Source of the DNA: Malacoraja senta
Taxonomy: Eukaryota
Assembly (NCBI GenBank): GCA_038087875.1
Contig: JAXLNO010000470.1
Span: forward strand, 1-64,000
Length of the DNA: 64,000 nt
Reading direction: 5' to 3'
The notes beneath the pieces were generated by a model. The model saw nothing but the letters and a program-made list of their open reading frames with translations, searched no databases and had not been told where the DNA came from. Numbering within the stretch: the first letter of the stretch is position 1; each line of letters begins with the position of its first letter. This document shows positions 12,740 through 25,445 of this stretch, piece by piece. The translations under genes were made by a program, and so were the position numbers.

Positions 12740-13120
12740 CAAAGGTAAGACCGCATTTGGAGTACTGTGGGCAAATTTGGGCCCCGTATCTGAGGAAGGA
12801 TGTGCCAGCTCTGGAGAGGGTCCAGAGGAGGTTTCACACGAACGATTGGGTTAACGTACGATGAGCGTTTGACGGCTCTGGGCCTGTACTCGCTGAGGTT
12901 TAGAAGAATGAGAGGGGGGAGGGGGAGGGGGAGTCGACACACCTCATTGAAACGTACCGAATAGTGAAAGGCCTGGACGGAGTGGATGTGGAGAGGATGT
13001 TTCCACTGGCGGGAGAGTCTAGGACCAGAGGCCACAGCCTCAGAATACATGGACGTACCTTTGGGAAGGAGATGAGGAGGAATTTCTTTAGCCAGAGGGT
13101 GGTGAATCTGTGGAATTCTT
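12740..13120 (+). mobile_element. CR1 fragment
   Basis: VRPHLEYC...RMFPLAGESRTRGH...RVVNLWNS. Confidence 0.82.
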
Positions 13121-14410
13121 GGTCCTCAGGGAAGGGAGGTTAACCGCGAACTTTCTGTTGCTGAAGATGAACCCGCCTGGCTCCTGGAGTGGGAAGAGGG
13201 GGTCTACATGAGCCATCTCATGTCTGGTTCCAGTGGGGTGGCCATCTTGTTGGGGCCTGACTTTCCAACCAGAGATTCTGAAGGTGCAGGAAATTGTGCC
13301 AGGCCGTTTGCTCGACCTCGCCAGGATGTTGTGTTTAAGGACTTTCTGCTGCGGGGTGACCTTGCAACCAAGAAGAGTTTTTAAACTCTCGGGCTAAAGG
13401 AGGGGCGTGCACCAAAAAAAAGCATTTGATGGGCTGAAGATGAAGGGTTATGGACCAAGCGCAGGCAGGTGGGACTAGTGTAGCTGGGACATTGTTGGCC
13501 GGTGTGGGAGAGTTGGGCCGAAGGGCCTGTTTCCACACTGTATCACTCTATGACTCTAAACACCTCCGGGCGAGTCTCCCGGCAGCCGATGACCCCACGC
13601 TCACCCTGAGCCGACCCAAAGGGAGACCGTTCACCCCGGAGTCCAAAAGGGGTCCGGGAAGGTCCAAAGGACATCTGGGGAGGTCCAACGGGGACCTGGG
13701 GGAGGCTGAACAAGGAGCTGGACAACAGGAAGCTGGTAGTGTGGAGGCGGAGGACACTTCCTGTACACTTCCTGCTACGGTTGTCACGGGAACGCCGCAC
13801 ATCAGTGGGATGAAGAGAAGGCGCGGGCCCTCGGAAGAAGAGAACGGCCCTGGGGCCAAAGTCCAGGGGCCAACCCGATTCGGGGCCTTCAACCTCTGCT
13901 GGGGCTGGGGGCCCAGGACTTGTGTCCTCTGGGACGGAGGATGTCCCCTCAGTTCAGGGTGACCTGGGACTGATTTTTTTTTGGGGGGGGGGCTGCACCT
14001 TGCCTTCTAGCTGCACTTCACACCCACCATCCTCATCTTTGGACACCCCCTGTGCGTAGGGGAGAGGGTGGTTTGCAAAGGATGTCCTGGTTGGGTTTGC
14101 TCCTGGGCCTGGCCAAGCTGGCCGTCCGCGCGTCACGGCGCCAGGCGGTAGAGGGCTCTGCCCGAGCCGGCTGCCTGCCCCTTCTCCGGGGTTACGTCCG
14201 CGCCCGGGTGGCGTTAGAGAGGGTCTACGCGCTGTCCACGGGCATCCTGGGGGAATTCCGGGACCGCTGGGGGTTGAATGTATCCTCGATAAGGATGCGG
14301 AAATAGTGATTGAATATTTAATAATATTTGCTTTATTTTTCTATTTTGGTGGTGGGTTCGTTTGTAATTTTGGTAAATAGTTGATTTAAATTATTTTTGG
14401 TAAACAAAAA
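13120..14410 (+). mobile_element. Mosaic of Tx1-like LINE fragments (endonuclease piece, ORF1-like piece, ORF2 C-terminus and 3' UTR) with a CR1 tail at 13445-13558
   Basis: SSGVAILL endonuclease-like motif; LLLGLAKLAV...GYVRARVALE...FRDRW C-terminus; T-rich UTR ending in an A-run. Confidence 0.65.
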
Positions 14411-14539
14411 GAAAGCATATTATCGGGATGCATCACGGCACGGTTTGGGAACAGCTCCATCCGCAACACCCGCAAGAAATTGCAGCGAATTGTGGACGCA
14501 GCCCAGACCGTCACGAATAAACAGTTTCCTTCGACCAAC

Positions 14540-14711
14540 TTTCAAGAGAGAGCTAGATAGGGCTCTAAAAGATAGCGGAATCAGGGGATATGGGGAGAAG
14601 GCAGGAACGGGGTACTGATTGGGGATGATCAGCCATGATCACATTGAATGGCGGTGCTGGCTCAAAGGGCCGAATGGCCTACTCCTGCACCTATTGTCTA
14701 TTGTCTATTGT
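14540..14711 (+). mobile_element. CR1 3' tail
   Basis: FKRELDRAL...GYGEKAGTGY and (CTATTGT)n. Confidence 0.85.
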
Positions 14712-15115
14712 GTAACACTCTCCTCGGCCTAGTGGAGCTGGTTCTCACCCTCAACAACTTCTCCTTTGACTCCTCTCACGTTCTCCAAATCCAAGGCACC
14801 CGCATGAGCCCCAGCTGTGCCTGCCTCTTTGTCGGGTACGTCAAACAATCCCTGTTCCAGGCGTACACTGGCCCTATCCCCCCCCCGACTCTACCTCCGC
14901 TGCATTGACGACTGCATCGGTGCTACCACCTGCACCCGCGCAGAACTCACGGACTTCATCAACTTCGCCACCAATTTCCATCCTGTGCTCAAATTCAATT
15001 GGACCATCTCCCACACCTCCCTCCCTTTTCCTGATCTCACCGTCTCCATCACAGGAGATAGACTATCGACCGAAGTCCATTACAAACCCACTGACTCCCG
15101 CAACTATCTCGACTT
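14712..15115 (+). mobile_element. Penelope-like RT fragment
   Basis: LTLNNFSF, LYLRCIDDCIG (degenerate RYIDD), YKPTDSRNYL. Confidence 0.85.
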
Positions 15116-15214
15116 GGATCAAAACCTAAGGGCGAGATGTTACTCGGTAAACTGGGAAATTCGACTGCCTATGTCAAACAAGAAGTCACAAGCCAGGGGG
15201 AAAAAAATTGACAA

Positions 15215-15725
15215 TGATCTTAATTTTTAATCTCACGTAAATAAGGTGAAAAAATGTGCTTTCCATCACCTCAGAAATATTGCTAAAGTACGGCCTTTCT
15301 TAACTCAACATGATGGAATAAAAACTCATAAATGCTATCATATCGGCAACACCGTATGTATGATGTATGCACAAGCAAACATTCTCTTACGCAAGTTTAG
15401 TGCGCGTACAGATGGAGTGAAGATGTCCCTGTTCAGAGCATATTGTACACCACTCTATACTCCACACCTCTGGTCAAACTACAGAAAAGCAAGCTTACAG
15501 AGACTTAAAATAGCTTCTAATGATGCCATGAGAATATGACTCCAGAGGCCTAGATGGTGTCGTGCAAGTGAAATGTTTGCGACTGCAGGAGCCAATACCT
15601 AACAAACTGTCTTCAGAAATCTTATGTATGCATTTAGTTGCCGGATTAGTGACTCTGAAAATGAAACCATCTTGGGCTTATCAAACATAAGGGTTAGCAC
15701 GACACGCTACCAATCCCAACTGGTA
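15215..15725 (+). mobile_element. L2/CR1-group LINE fragments (two pieces joined)
   Basis: FHHLRNIAKVRPFL, then YAQANILLRKF...LFRAYCTPLY. Confidence 0.6.
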
Positions 15726-15739
15726 AAGTTGTCTCCTTA

Positions 15740-15904
15740 GAGAGAGCTAGATAGGGTTCTTAAAGATAGCGGAGTCAGGGGATATGGGGAGAAGGCAGGA
15801 ACGGGGTACTGATTGTGGATGATCAGCCATGATCACATTGAATGGCGATGCTGGCTCAAAGGGCCGAATGGCCTTCTCCTGCACCTATTGTCTATTATCT
15901 ATTG
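15740..15904 (+). mobile_element. CR1 3' tail
   Basis: Conserved 3' UTR and tail. Confidence 0.85.
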
Positions 15905-16509
15905 TAGGACACTGATTTAAATAACATTCTTGATCTTAAACCATGTAAGTAATTTATTCCTTCGCTCCATAGATGCTGCTGCACCCGCTGAGTTTCTCCA
16001 GCATTTTTGTGTACCTAAGTAATTTATTCAATGTGATGTCTTTGTCTATTATCTGCACCTTGAGTCTGTAATTAAAAAATGTTAGTAAGTATATCAAGCA
16101 GACTTGATTACCGTAAGGCCTTATTTACCGGTCTACCTTCAAAACCCACCAACAAGTTACAGCTCATTCAAAATGCTGCAGCCCGGCTCTTAACAAATGC
16201 CAAGAAAAAGGTTGCTGGCTCGAAGGGCCGAATGGTCTACTCCTGCTCCGGTTGTCTATTGTTATTGAAAAGGGTACAAATCAGCCAAGAATTATATTGG
16301 GGGGCCAAGAAGGAGCGTTCACATCGCGGTACCTGTCGGGTTTCACACCCGCGAATCCTTCGTCCACTGACTAACCAACTGTAAACATGAAAATGTATAA
16401 GGCGGCCCAAGATGGCAGCAAGCCAAAATGCCGCACGCAAGGTGGACAAAAATGCCGGAGAAACCAGGATAGACAATAATTTCATCCAGGATAGACAATA
16501 ATTTCCTTG

Positions 16510-17392
16510 TTCATCAGTCAATGAAAGTAAGCATGCAGGTACAGCAGGCAATGAAGAAAGCGAATGGCATGTTGGCCTTTATAACAAGAGGAGTTGAGTA
16601 TAGGTGCAAAGAGGTCCTTCTGCAGTTGTACAGGGCCCTAGTGAGACCACACCTGCAGTATTGTGTACAGATTTGGTCTCCAAATTTGAGGAAGGACATT
16701 CTTGCTATTGAGGGAGTGCAGCGTAGGTTCACAAGGTTAATTCCCGGGATGGCGGGACTGTCATAGGCTGAGAGAATGGAGCGGCTGGGCTTGTATACTC
16801 TGGAATTTGGAAGGATGAGAGGGGATCTTATTGAAGGATTGTTAAGTGTTTGGACACTTAGTGTTTGAGGCAGTGCAGCGAAGGTTCACGAGACTGATCC
16901 CTGGGATGGCGGGACTGTCATATGAGGAAAGATTGTAAAAGACTAGGCTTTTACTGGAGTTTAGAAGGAGGAGGGGCGATCTTATAGAAACTGGAGTATT
17001 CACTGGAGTTTAGAAGGAGGAGGGGCGATCTTATAGAAACATATAAAATTATAAAAGGACAAGAAAAATGTTCCCAATGTTGGGCGAGTCCAGAACCAGG
17101 GGCCACACTCTTCGAATAAAGGGGAGGCCATTTAAGACTGAGGTGAAAAAAAACGTTTTCACCCAGAGAGTTGTGAATTTGTGGAATTTCCTGCCACAGA
17201 GGGCAGTGGAGGCCAAGTCACTGGATAGATTTAAGAGAGAGTTAGATAGAGCTCTAGGGGCGAGTGGAGTCAAGGGATATGGGGAGAAGGCAGGCACGGG
17301 TTATTGATTGGGGACGATCAGCCATGATCACAATGAACGGCTCGAAGGGCCGAATGGCCTCCTCCTGCACCTATTTTCTATGTTTCTATGTT
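16510..17392 (+). mobile_element. CR1 3' ends (two subfamilies joined, local duplications)
   Basis: MQVQQAMKKANGML...; restart near 16860; (TTTCTATG)n tail. Confidence 0.9.
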
Positions 17393-17499
17393 ATTATGCA
17401 AGACGAAGACTATGAATTCATTGGTGTTGCAGAGTCTGATGAGGCCCTCATCACCCACACATGGAGATGATGGTACCACAACATCAGCAGGCTCATCAG

Positions 17500-18302
17500 G
17501 TGTAATCTGATACCAAATCAACACTCACTAAAATTAACAACCCCACTCTCACTATTGACGGCACCACTGTCTCCCCATCTCCTCAGGCACGCAACCTTGG
17601 CGTGATCTTTGACTCAACCCTCTCCCTTGAGCCTCACATCCGCCATGTTGTCAAAACATCATTTTTTCACCTCCGCAACATTGCAAAAATCAGATCGTCT
17701 CTCACCCCCCCCGCTGCTGAAAGACTCATCCATGCCTTCATCTCCTCCCGACTGGACTACTGTAACTCTCTTCTTTTCGGAATCAATTCCAGCAGCATCA
17801 ACCGACTCCAACTGGTCCAAAATGCAGCCGCCCGACTCATCACCCACACCAAATCCTGGCACCACATCACCCCAGTTCTCAAAGAACTTCACTGGCTTCC
17901 CATTTCCCACCGGATCATCTACAAAATCCTGGTCCTCACCTACAAAGCCCTCAACAACCTGCCCCCCCCCCCCCTTATCTCATTGACCTCCTCTCCCCCT
18001 ACCAACCCTCACGGTCCCTCAGATCCACATCAGCCGGTCTCCTCTCCACTCCGAAATCAAACCTCTGCACTTTTGGAGGCAGAGCCTTCTCCAGGGCAGC
18101 TCCAAGGCTCTGGAATTCCCTCCCACAACCGGTCCGAAATTCTGAGTCCCTCACCATCTTCCAGTCCCGCCTCAAGACCCATCTCTTCACCTCTGCATAC
18201 CCTTAGTCCCATGTTCCCCTCCCCTCTGTCTTACTGCTCTATTTGGTTTTGTTTATTCCTGACTCTCAATTGTAAAGCGACTTTGAGTCCTGAAAAGCGC
18301 TA
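17500..18302 (+). mobile_element. L2-clade LINE 3' portion
   Basis: NLGVIFDS, FFHLRNIAKIR, IHAFISSRLDYCNSLL, LQLVQNAAARL, HITPVLKELHWLP. Confidence 0.92.
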
Positions 18303-18540
18303 TGTTGTGTCTTCGTGTTTGATATCCTGATAATAAACGACACAATTCAGGTTGTTTCAGTTGCCTTATTGTACTCCTTTATTCAGCTCCTTTTATCTGT
18401 GTGGCGTAGTAATACTGCAAGTGCTTACATACCTAATCACAGTGTGTGTGTGTGTGGTGAGTGTGCCTGATACAAAGTAGTGCAGGAGGTTGGGACTGCT
18501 ACAATGAATATGTAGCATATGTAACATCCCCCCTTCTCAA
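18303..18540 (-). mobile_element. LTR retrotransposon 3' LTR (18303-18526) with polypurine tract
   Basis: On the minus strand GAGAAGGGGGGA immediately precedes TGTTAC...ACAACA; AATAAA inside. Confidence 0.7.
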
Positions 18541-18750
18541 AAGAAAGGAACAAAATTTAGTGACACTAGAGGATTGCCAGAGCGAGGGTGGCAATCCTGT
18601 AGCAGATACCGTGGGATTATTCTGCCCACATTCATGGCATTCTGCTTTCTACTATACTACACAACAAAATATATAATGGCAGCTTGTTTTCTTTCAGGTA
18701 GTGCGTACACAGACCTAACAACACATACATAAACTGTTTACAGCGCCACC

Positions 18751-18823
18751 TCACAGATAATCTGGGGTCAGGTTCAGAGAATAATAATAATAATCTCTGA
18801 ACCTGACCCCAGATTATCTGTGA
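18751..18823. repeat. Perfect 30-bp inverted repeat with 13-nt (AAT)n loop
   Basis: TCACAGATAATCTGGGGTCAGGTTCAGAGA followed by its exact reverse complement. Confidence 0.95.
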
Positions 18824-18934
18824 CTCACAGCTTGTGATTTATTTCATATGATTCATTTGCCTCCCCAATTCATATTGATATGTTTATGTGTTTTATCCGC
18901 AGGCAATGATGCTTAACTCAGTGTGTTATAACTA

Positions 18935-19315
18935 TTCTTAAGGGGTTGGACAGGCTAGATGCAGGAAGATTATTCCCGATGTTGGAGAAGTCCAGAACAA
19001 GGGGTCACAGTTTAAGGATAAGGGGGAAGTCTTTTGGGACCGAGATGAGAAAAACATTTTTCACACAGAGAGTGGTGAATCTGTGGAATTCTCTGCCACT
19101 GAAGGTAGTTGAGGCCAGTTCATTGGCTATATTTAAGAGGGAGTTAGATGTGGCCCTTGTGGCTAAAGGGATCAGGGGGTATGGAGAGAAGGCAGGTACA
19201 GGATACTGAGTTGGATGATCAGCCATGATCATATTGAATGGCGGTGCAGGCTCGAAGGGCCGAATGGCCTACTCCTGCACCTATTTTCTATGTTTCTATG
19301 TTTCTATGTTTCTAT
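18935..19315 (+). mobile_element. CR1 3' end
   Basis: LDRLDAGRLFPML...GYGEKAGTGY; (TTTCTATG)n tail. Confidence 0.9.
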
Positions 19316-19497
19316 AACCAGTTACCTTTACATTTTATCTGGCTGTGGGTGGGATTTATTATGCAGTCGGAGGCGTGTTTGCGGCTGGGATTCTCGCGCA
19401 GACGCTAATAGTTTTTAGTTTAGTTGGAAGAAGCATGGGGGAGTGGTCACAGCTTTGCACCATGCACAAGTTCCACCATGCACGAGTTCCACCATGC

Positions 19498-21130
19498 ACA
19501 AAAACCTTGCCGTGATATTTGACTCCGCACTAAAGTTTGACAAGCAAGTAAACTCTGTGGTAAAAGCTAGTTTCGTCCAACTTCGCACCATAGCTAAAAT
19601 CAAACCATTCCTCCAATTCGACGTCCTTGAATAAAATCCAGCACGCATCACAGCAAGTGGCGTCGCCTAACGGCAGCGGTTCGACTGCAGTCCGTCTGTC
19701 TTTTTTAAATTTTTGTCTAGTTAAATGTAGTTGTTTGTGTTTTTTATACTGTTTTTAATTGTGTATATGTGGGGGGCGGGGGGGGGGGGTGTGGGAGGGG
19801 GAAACTTTAAAAATCTCTTCCCTGCACGGGAGACCCGACCTTTTCCCTGTCGGGTCTCCGTTGTCGTTGGGGCCTAGCTCCGTGGAGCGGCCTCCGACCG
19901 GGACGACCTGGGGGCTCCAGTCGCGGAGCCTGTGGAGCTGCGGACTCACCAGCGTGGGGCTGGCCGTCCTCGGAGCGTGGGGGAGCGGTGGTGGCTCGCT
20001 GCTGCGGCCCGACTCCGGAGCTCCAGCTCCAGCTGCAGACCCGTGGACTATGATATCGGGAGCTCGCGGGTCCGGGTGAGAGACCGCTTTCCGGAGCTCC
20101 CGCAACGCAACTTCTCCCGCCCGTGTCGCGGGGTTGGGAACGACCCGGAGCGGGGCCGTAAACCGCCTGGCGCGGCTTTAATGGCCGCGGGACATTCCAG
20201 CGCCCGCCGGGGGCTCCAACTTGGTGACTTTTGGGCCCGGAGCGAGGCCGTACACCGCCCGGCGCGGCCTCAACGGCCGTGGGACTTAACATCGCCCGCC
20301 TGGGGCTTCAACATTGGGAGAAAAATGGTGCAGGGGAGAGAAAAGACTTTGCCTTCCATCACAGCGAGGAGGAGATTCACTGTGATGGATGTTTTTCTGT
20401 AGATTGAGTTGTTTGTGTGTCGTGTAGGAATTGTTTTGTTTGTGTGGCTGTGGAAACGGAGTTTCGTTTGAGCCTCTTTGAGGTTCAAATGACAATAAAA
20501 TCTAATCAATCATCCATCTCCTCCCGCCTTGATTACTGCAACTCCCTATACATCAGCCAATCATCCCAGTCCCGCCTGCAATTGGTCCAAAACGCCGCAG
20601 CCAGACTTCTGACGGGTACCCGTAAAAGGGACCACATCACCCCGATTCTGGCCTCTCTGTATCCACTGGCTCCCAGTACGGTGCAGAATCAACTTCAAGC
20701 TCCTCTTATTCGTACACAAAGCCCTTGACGGGCTTGCCCCCCCCCCCCCATATCAAAAATCTTCTAACCCACCACTCTACCTCCAGGTCCCTCAGGTCGG
20801 CTGACTTGGGGCTACTGACTATCCCGCGGTCTAGGTTTAAGCTCAGGGGCGATCGCGCTTTTGCGGTTGCAGCACCTGGACGGCGGAGCAGCAACCCTCT
20901 CCTCATCAGAACTGCCACCTCCATCGACTCAAAGGAGTCGAGGCTCAAAACCTATTTCTACTCCCTGGCGTTTTTGAGGCCCTCTGAGGTGGCGCTGTAA
21001 ACAGTTTATGTATGTGTTGTTAGGTCTGTGTACCACTGTATGTAGCACATTAGTACATGCACTGATGTACAGCACTTTGGTCAACGTGAGATGTTTTTAA
21101 ATGGGCTATACAAATAAAAATGATTGATTC
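19498..21130 (+). mobile_element. L2-clade LINE 3' end, split by an insertion at about 19655-20508
   Basis: NLAVIFDS...IKPFL | ISSRLDYCNSL...QNAAARLL...GDRAFAVAAP; AATAAA and (TGAT)n tail. Confidence 0.88.
19655..20508 (+). mobile_element. GC-rich non-autonomous retroposon with Rex1-like 3' end
   Basis: Interrupts L2 coding sequence; ends TTTCGTT...AAATGACAATAAA plus short repeat tail; no coding capacity. Confidence 0.55.
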
Positions 21131-21854
21131 ATTGAGGTTCCACCAGGCACGAGTTTGACTACGAGTAAGATGAAAATGTACTTAAACGAGAAGACGTTTG
21201 GATGAATATCTCACTGTTTTTACTACGACGATAAATAAACTATTTTACTTCGGAGTCACGTGAGTGACTACGTGAAGAAGACCTGTCAGGGCGCATGCGC
21301 GTCATTACGTCTGACGCATTGGCGCACGGGCAGCGGGAGGACAGAGCTCCTCCTGTGGTGAGTAGCTTAAAACTCCAGCAAAGTTAGAAAAACTTTAGTG
21401 CAGTAAGGAGTATTGTGTTTTGTTTGCAGGTGCTGTGTATTTTTTCGATTCACAGGGCACTATGGATAAACCGACCAGGGGCAGGCGAGCTGCGGAGAAA
21501 GTGAGAGAGAGCTGCGGGAGTGCGGTCTCTCAGCGGCTGCCTGGCACCCCTGTAGAGTCGGCGACCGGGAGCGGAGCGACGGCAGACTTGGTGCCTCAAG
21601 GCACACAGCCAACGCCAGTCGGGCAGAAGGCTAAGGCCAAGTGTGTCAGGCCCACGGACTCAGCTGAGTCGGGCCGTGATGAGTCCCGTGCGGGACAGGA
21701 TACCGTTTCACAACGGTTATCCCAGATGGAGCAACTCATCCAGGGGTTGCTCCAGCAATGCACACTCCAGGAGGAGTCGTGTGGGCGGTAGGCCGTGGGA
21801 AAGGCTGCGCCGGCAGCACCTTGTAGAGGGCTGCTAGACGGCACCCTCTTTGAT

Positions 21855-22627
21855 GAAGTAGCTCCAGAAATAGTGGATGCATTAGTGATACCTGAGATGC
21901 AGCGAGACCTGGGTGTCATGGTACACCAGTCATTGAAAGTAGGCATGCAGGTGCAGCAGGCAGTGAGGAAAGCGAATGGTATGTTAGCTTTCATAGCAAA
22001 AGGATTTGAGTATAGGAGCAGGGAGGTTCTACTGCAGTTGTACAGGGTCTTGGTGAGACCACACCTGGAGTATTGCGTACAGTTTTGGTCTCCAAATCTG
22101 AGGAAGGACATTATAGCCATAGAGGGAGTGCAGAGAAGGTTCACCAGACTGATTCCTGGGATGTCAGGACTTTCATATGAAGAAAGACTGGATAGACTTG
22201 GCTTATACTCGCTAGAATTTAGGTGATTGAGAGGGGATCTTATAGAAACGTACAAAATTCTTATGGGGTTGGACAGGCTAGATGCAGGAAGTTTGTTCCC
22301 GATGTTGGGGAAGTCCAGGAGAAGGGGTCACAGCTTAAGGATAAGGGGGAAATCCTTTAAGACCGAGATGAGGAAAAACTTTTTCACACAGAGAGTGGTG
22401 AATCTCTGGAACTCTCTGCCACAGAGGGTAGTTGAGGCCAGTTCATTGGCTATATTTAAGAGGGAGTTAGATGTGGCCCTTGTGGCTAAAGGGGATCAGG
22501 GGTTATGGAGAGAAGGCAGGTACGGGATACTGAGTTGGATGATCAGCCATGATCATATTGAATGGCGGTGCAGGCTCGAAGGGCCGAATGGCCTACTCCT
22601 GCACCTATTTTCTAGGTATGTATCTAT
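21855..22627 (+). mobile_element. CR1 inserted in DIRS ORF1, internally deleted
   Basis: EVAPEIVDALVI piece joined directly to EMQRDLGV...3' UTR; DIRS ORF1 resumes in frame at 22628. Confidence 0.9.
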
Positions 22628-24894
22628 GAGGTAAGTGCTGAGGGTCAGCGTAGCTCTGACCCTGACTCTGACGTGGACTTCGAACTAAGCGAAGAACGGC
22701 CGTTGCCAGAGATTCCACCTCTGGCAGCATGATTCGCGGTCGCGTCAGAGTCGGGAGAGCCTCTGGGTGAGGAGCTGGCAACCAGCATAAACTATCTGGT
22801 CTCCCATCAGCTGCAGGAGCTGAGTATTGACGAGACATTGAAAAAACACGAAACTCCGGTGAACTGTGAGCTGCTGAAGGTGCCAGCAGTGAACAGAATG
22901 ATATGGGGCCAGATGGGAATAACCATGAGAGCCCAGGAAATTAAGCTGCATCGCATCCTAAAATTGCTGGGTTCTGGAATCACGAGTTTCGCCAGAACCT
23001 TAGATGGAGAGGAGATTTCCAGTTTGCAGAAGAGGTACTGGGGCTACTTTGTAGTGCCCATTTCGAAATCAATTGTCTTCGAAAAAGCGCCATTCGGCCA
23101 ACAATAAACCCTAAATATGCATCATTCTGCCAGCCTGGGAGCGTACAACCGGCAAATCTACTCTTTGGTGAGGATTTCGCGAAGAGGGTTAAAGAGCTGG
23201 AGGACGAGGCGAAGACGGTGGGCTTGATAAAGCAACCGGCAGCCACAAAGTCGCAAAAGAGAAAGTACCCCTACAAGCGTGGTGACTGGTCGGGACCAGG
23301 AACAAGTCGAACGACCATGCAGATGCGCAGTTGGCGTTCTGCAGCAGCAGCGCCAGCAAAAGTGGGGTTTCCAGCTGGAGGCCGGGGACAAACGACTCCA
23401 CCAGGTGCTAAGGAGGTAGGCGGGTCTGGTTCTCATGTGGACAGATCAAAGGTAACACAACGAAAAGTTGGGGGGAGATTACATCTGTTCCTAGAGGAAT
23501 GGAAGCAAATTACCTCAGATATGTTGATACTGAGTGTTATTGAAGGGTTTCGAATAGAGTTTAATACAAATTCTGATTTACCCATGCAGCATGTTCCAAA
23601 AATAAGTTTTCAGTTCAGTCTAACTGAACAAATGGAAGTTCAGGTGGAACTGGAAAGCTTATGTGATAAAAGGTGTAATTGCAAAGTCGGTTCACCAACT
23701 CCATCAATTTGTGTCTAATATTTTTCCCAGGCCAAAAAAGGATGGGGGATGCAGAATTATTCTGGATCTGACTAGTCTTAACCCTTTTGTACAGTATAGA
23801 CATTTTAAGATGGAAACGTTTGTGACGGCTAAGCAACTTGTTTCCAGAGGATGCTACATGGCAACTAGAGATCTTAAAGATGCGTATTACTCAGTGTCTG
23901 TTCATTTGCAGGATAGAAGATATTTGAAATTCACCTGGATGGAGCAATTATGGCAATACAATGCACTGCCTAATGGTTTCTTCAGCTCCTAGAGTATTCA
24001 CAAAGTTGTTAAAACCTATCCTAGGCATGATGAGATGTCAAGGTCATGTGCTCATGGCTTAACTCGATGATATCTTGATTGTAGGACAATCAAAGGAAAC
24101 AGCTGAAGCATCAGTGGCAGTTGTTAAATCCACTTTTCAAAGATTGGGCTTCATAAACCATCCAGAAAAATCCAAATTAACACCTGTAACAATAATTGAC
24201 TATTTGGGGTTCACAATTGATTCAATCAACATGATAGTGTCTCTGCCCAGGGACAAAAGGGTAGAGCAAATTGACAGCTGTATCAAGCTAATTAATGAGA
24301 GACAGCCTTCAATTAGACAGGTGGCAAGTCTGCTTGGGAAATTAGTGGCAGCATTTCCGGCAGTTCAATATGGGCCATTGCACTATCAACAGTTACAGAG
24401 GGCAAAAGAACAGGCACTAAGGATACAATTGGGTCATTATAATAGACCCATGCAGTTATCAGCAGAGGCTGTTGCTGATGTGCAATGGTGGATTCAGCAT
24501 GTGTCCACTAGTTGGGCCAAAGTAGCACTGGAGCAGCCTTCCATGATTTTGCAGACAGATGTCAGTGCACTCGGGTGGGGTGCCACTGATACGAGTTCTA
24601 GCTGTGGAGGCAGATGGACTGAGCAAGAGGCATCGCTTCTGCAGACATGGGGAATTAACTATTTAGAGCTTTTAGGAGCTTTTTATGGACTTAAGGCTTA
24701 CTGCTCTAACAAAGGTAACCTGCATGTTCAGTGTCAAATAGACAATACTACGGCATTCGCATATATTAATCACATGGGTGGAATCAAGTTGTTATCTTGT
24801 GACAGATTGGCTAATCAAATTTGGGCCTGGTGTATTGATAGAGATATTTGGCTTTCAGCTATTTATCTGCCAGGTAGATTCAATATTGTAGCAG

Positions 24895-25445
24895 TCAAAG
24901 ACATTATTAAGCAAAGACTGAAGGAAAGATGGCAAAAGCAATGGGAGGAAGAGCGGAAAGGACGGTGGTTCTACAGAGTCCAGAGGAGAGTGGGAGAAAT
25001 GAGATGTGCAGGAAAAAACTGAAAAGAGGAGACAGTAATCTCAAGAATTAGATTTGGACACACTGGTCTGAACAGTACACTTTTTATAATAGGCAAGCAT
25101 AATACAGGCAGATGTGAATACTGTGGGCAAGAAGGGACAATAGAGCATGTCATTGTACATTGTGAGAGATATGAGGAGGAGAGAGAACGGATGAGTGAGC
25201 AGTTCAGAAAAGAAAGAATACAATTTGATTTGGTAGATATTTTGCAAGGAAGTTCATATAAGTGCTGTCAAATCCTGTTGCATTTTCTTAGGGTAACCAA
25301 TTTGTTCGGAAGGCTATAGGTTATTAGTATATGTAATGGTGTTGTTTGATCCACACTCCATGCCAGTTGGTGGCGGTAATGCACCAAAAAAGTGGTTTGC
25401 CAACCGCCAAAAAACACCACATAGAAGAAGAAGAAGAAGAAGAAG
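24895..25445 (+). mobile_element. Nimb/I-clade LINE 3' end inserted in DIRS ORF2
   Basis: SRIRFGHTGLN and CEYC...EHVIVHC zinc motif; (AAG)n tail; 10-bp TSD ATTGTAGCAG (24885-24894 / 25446-25455). Confidence 0.85.
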
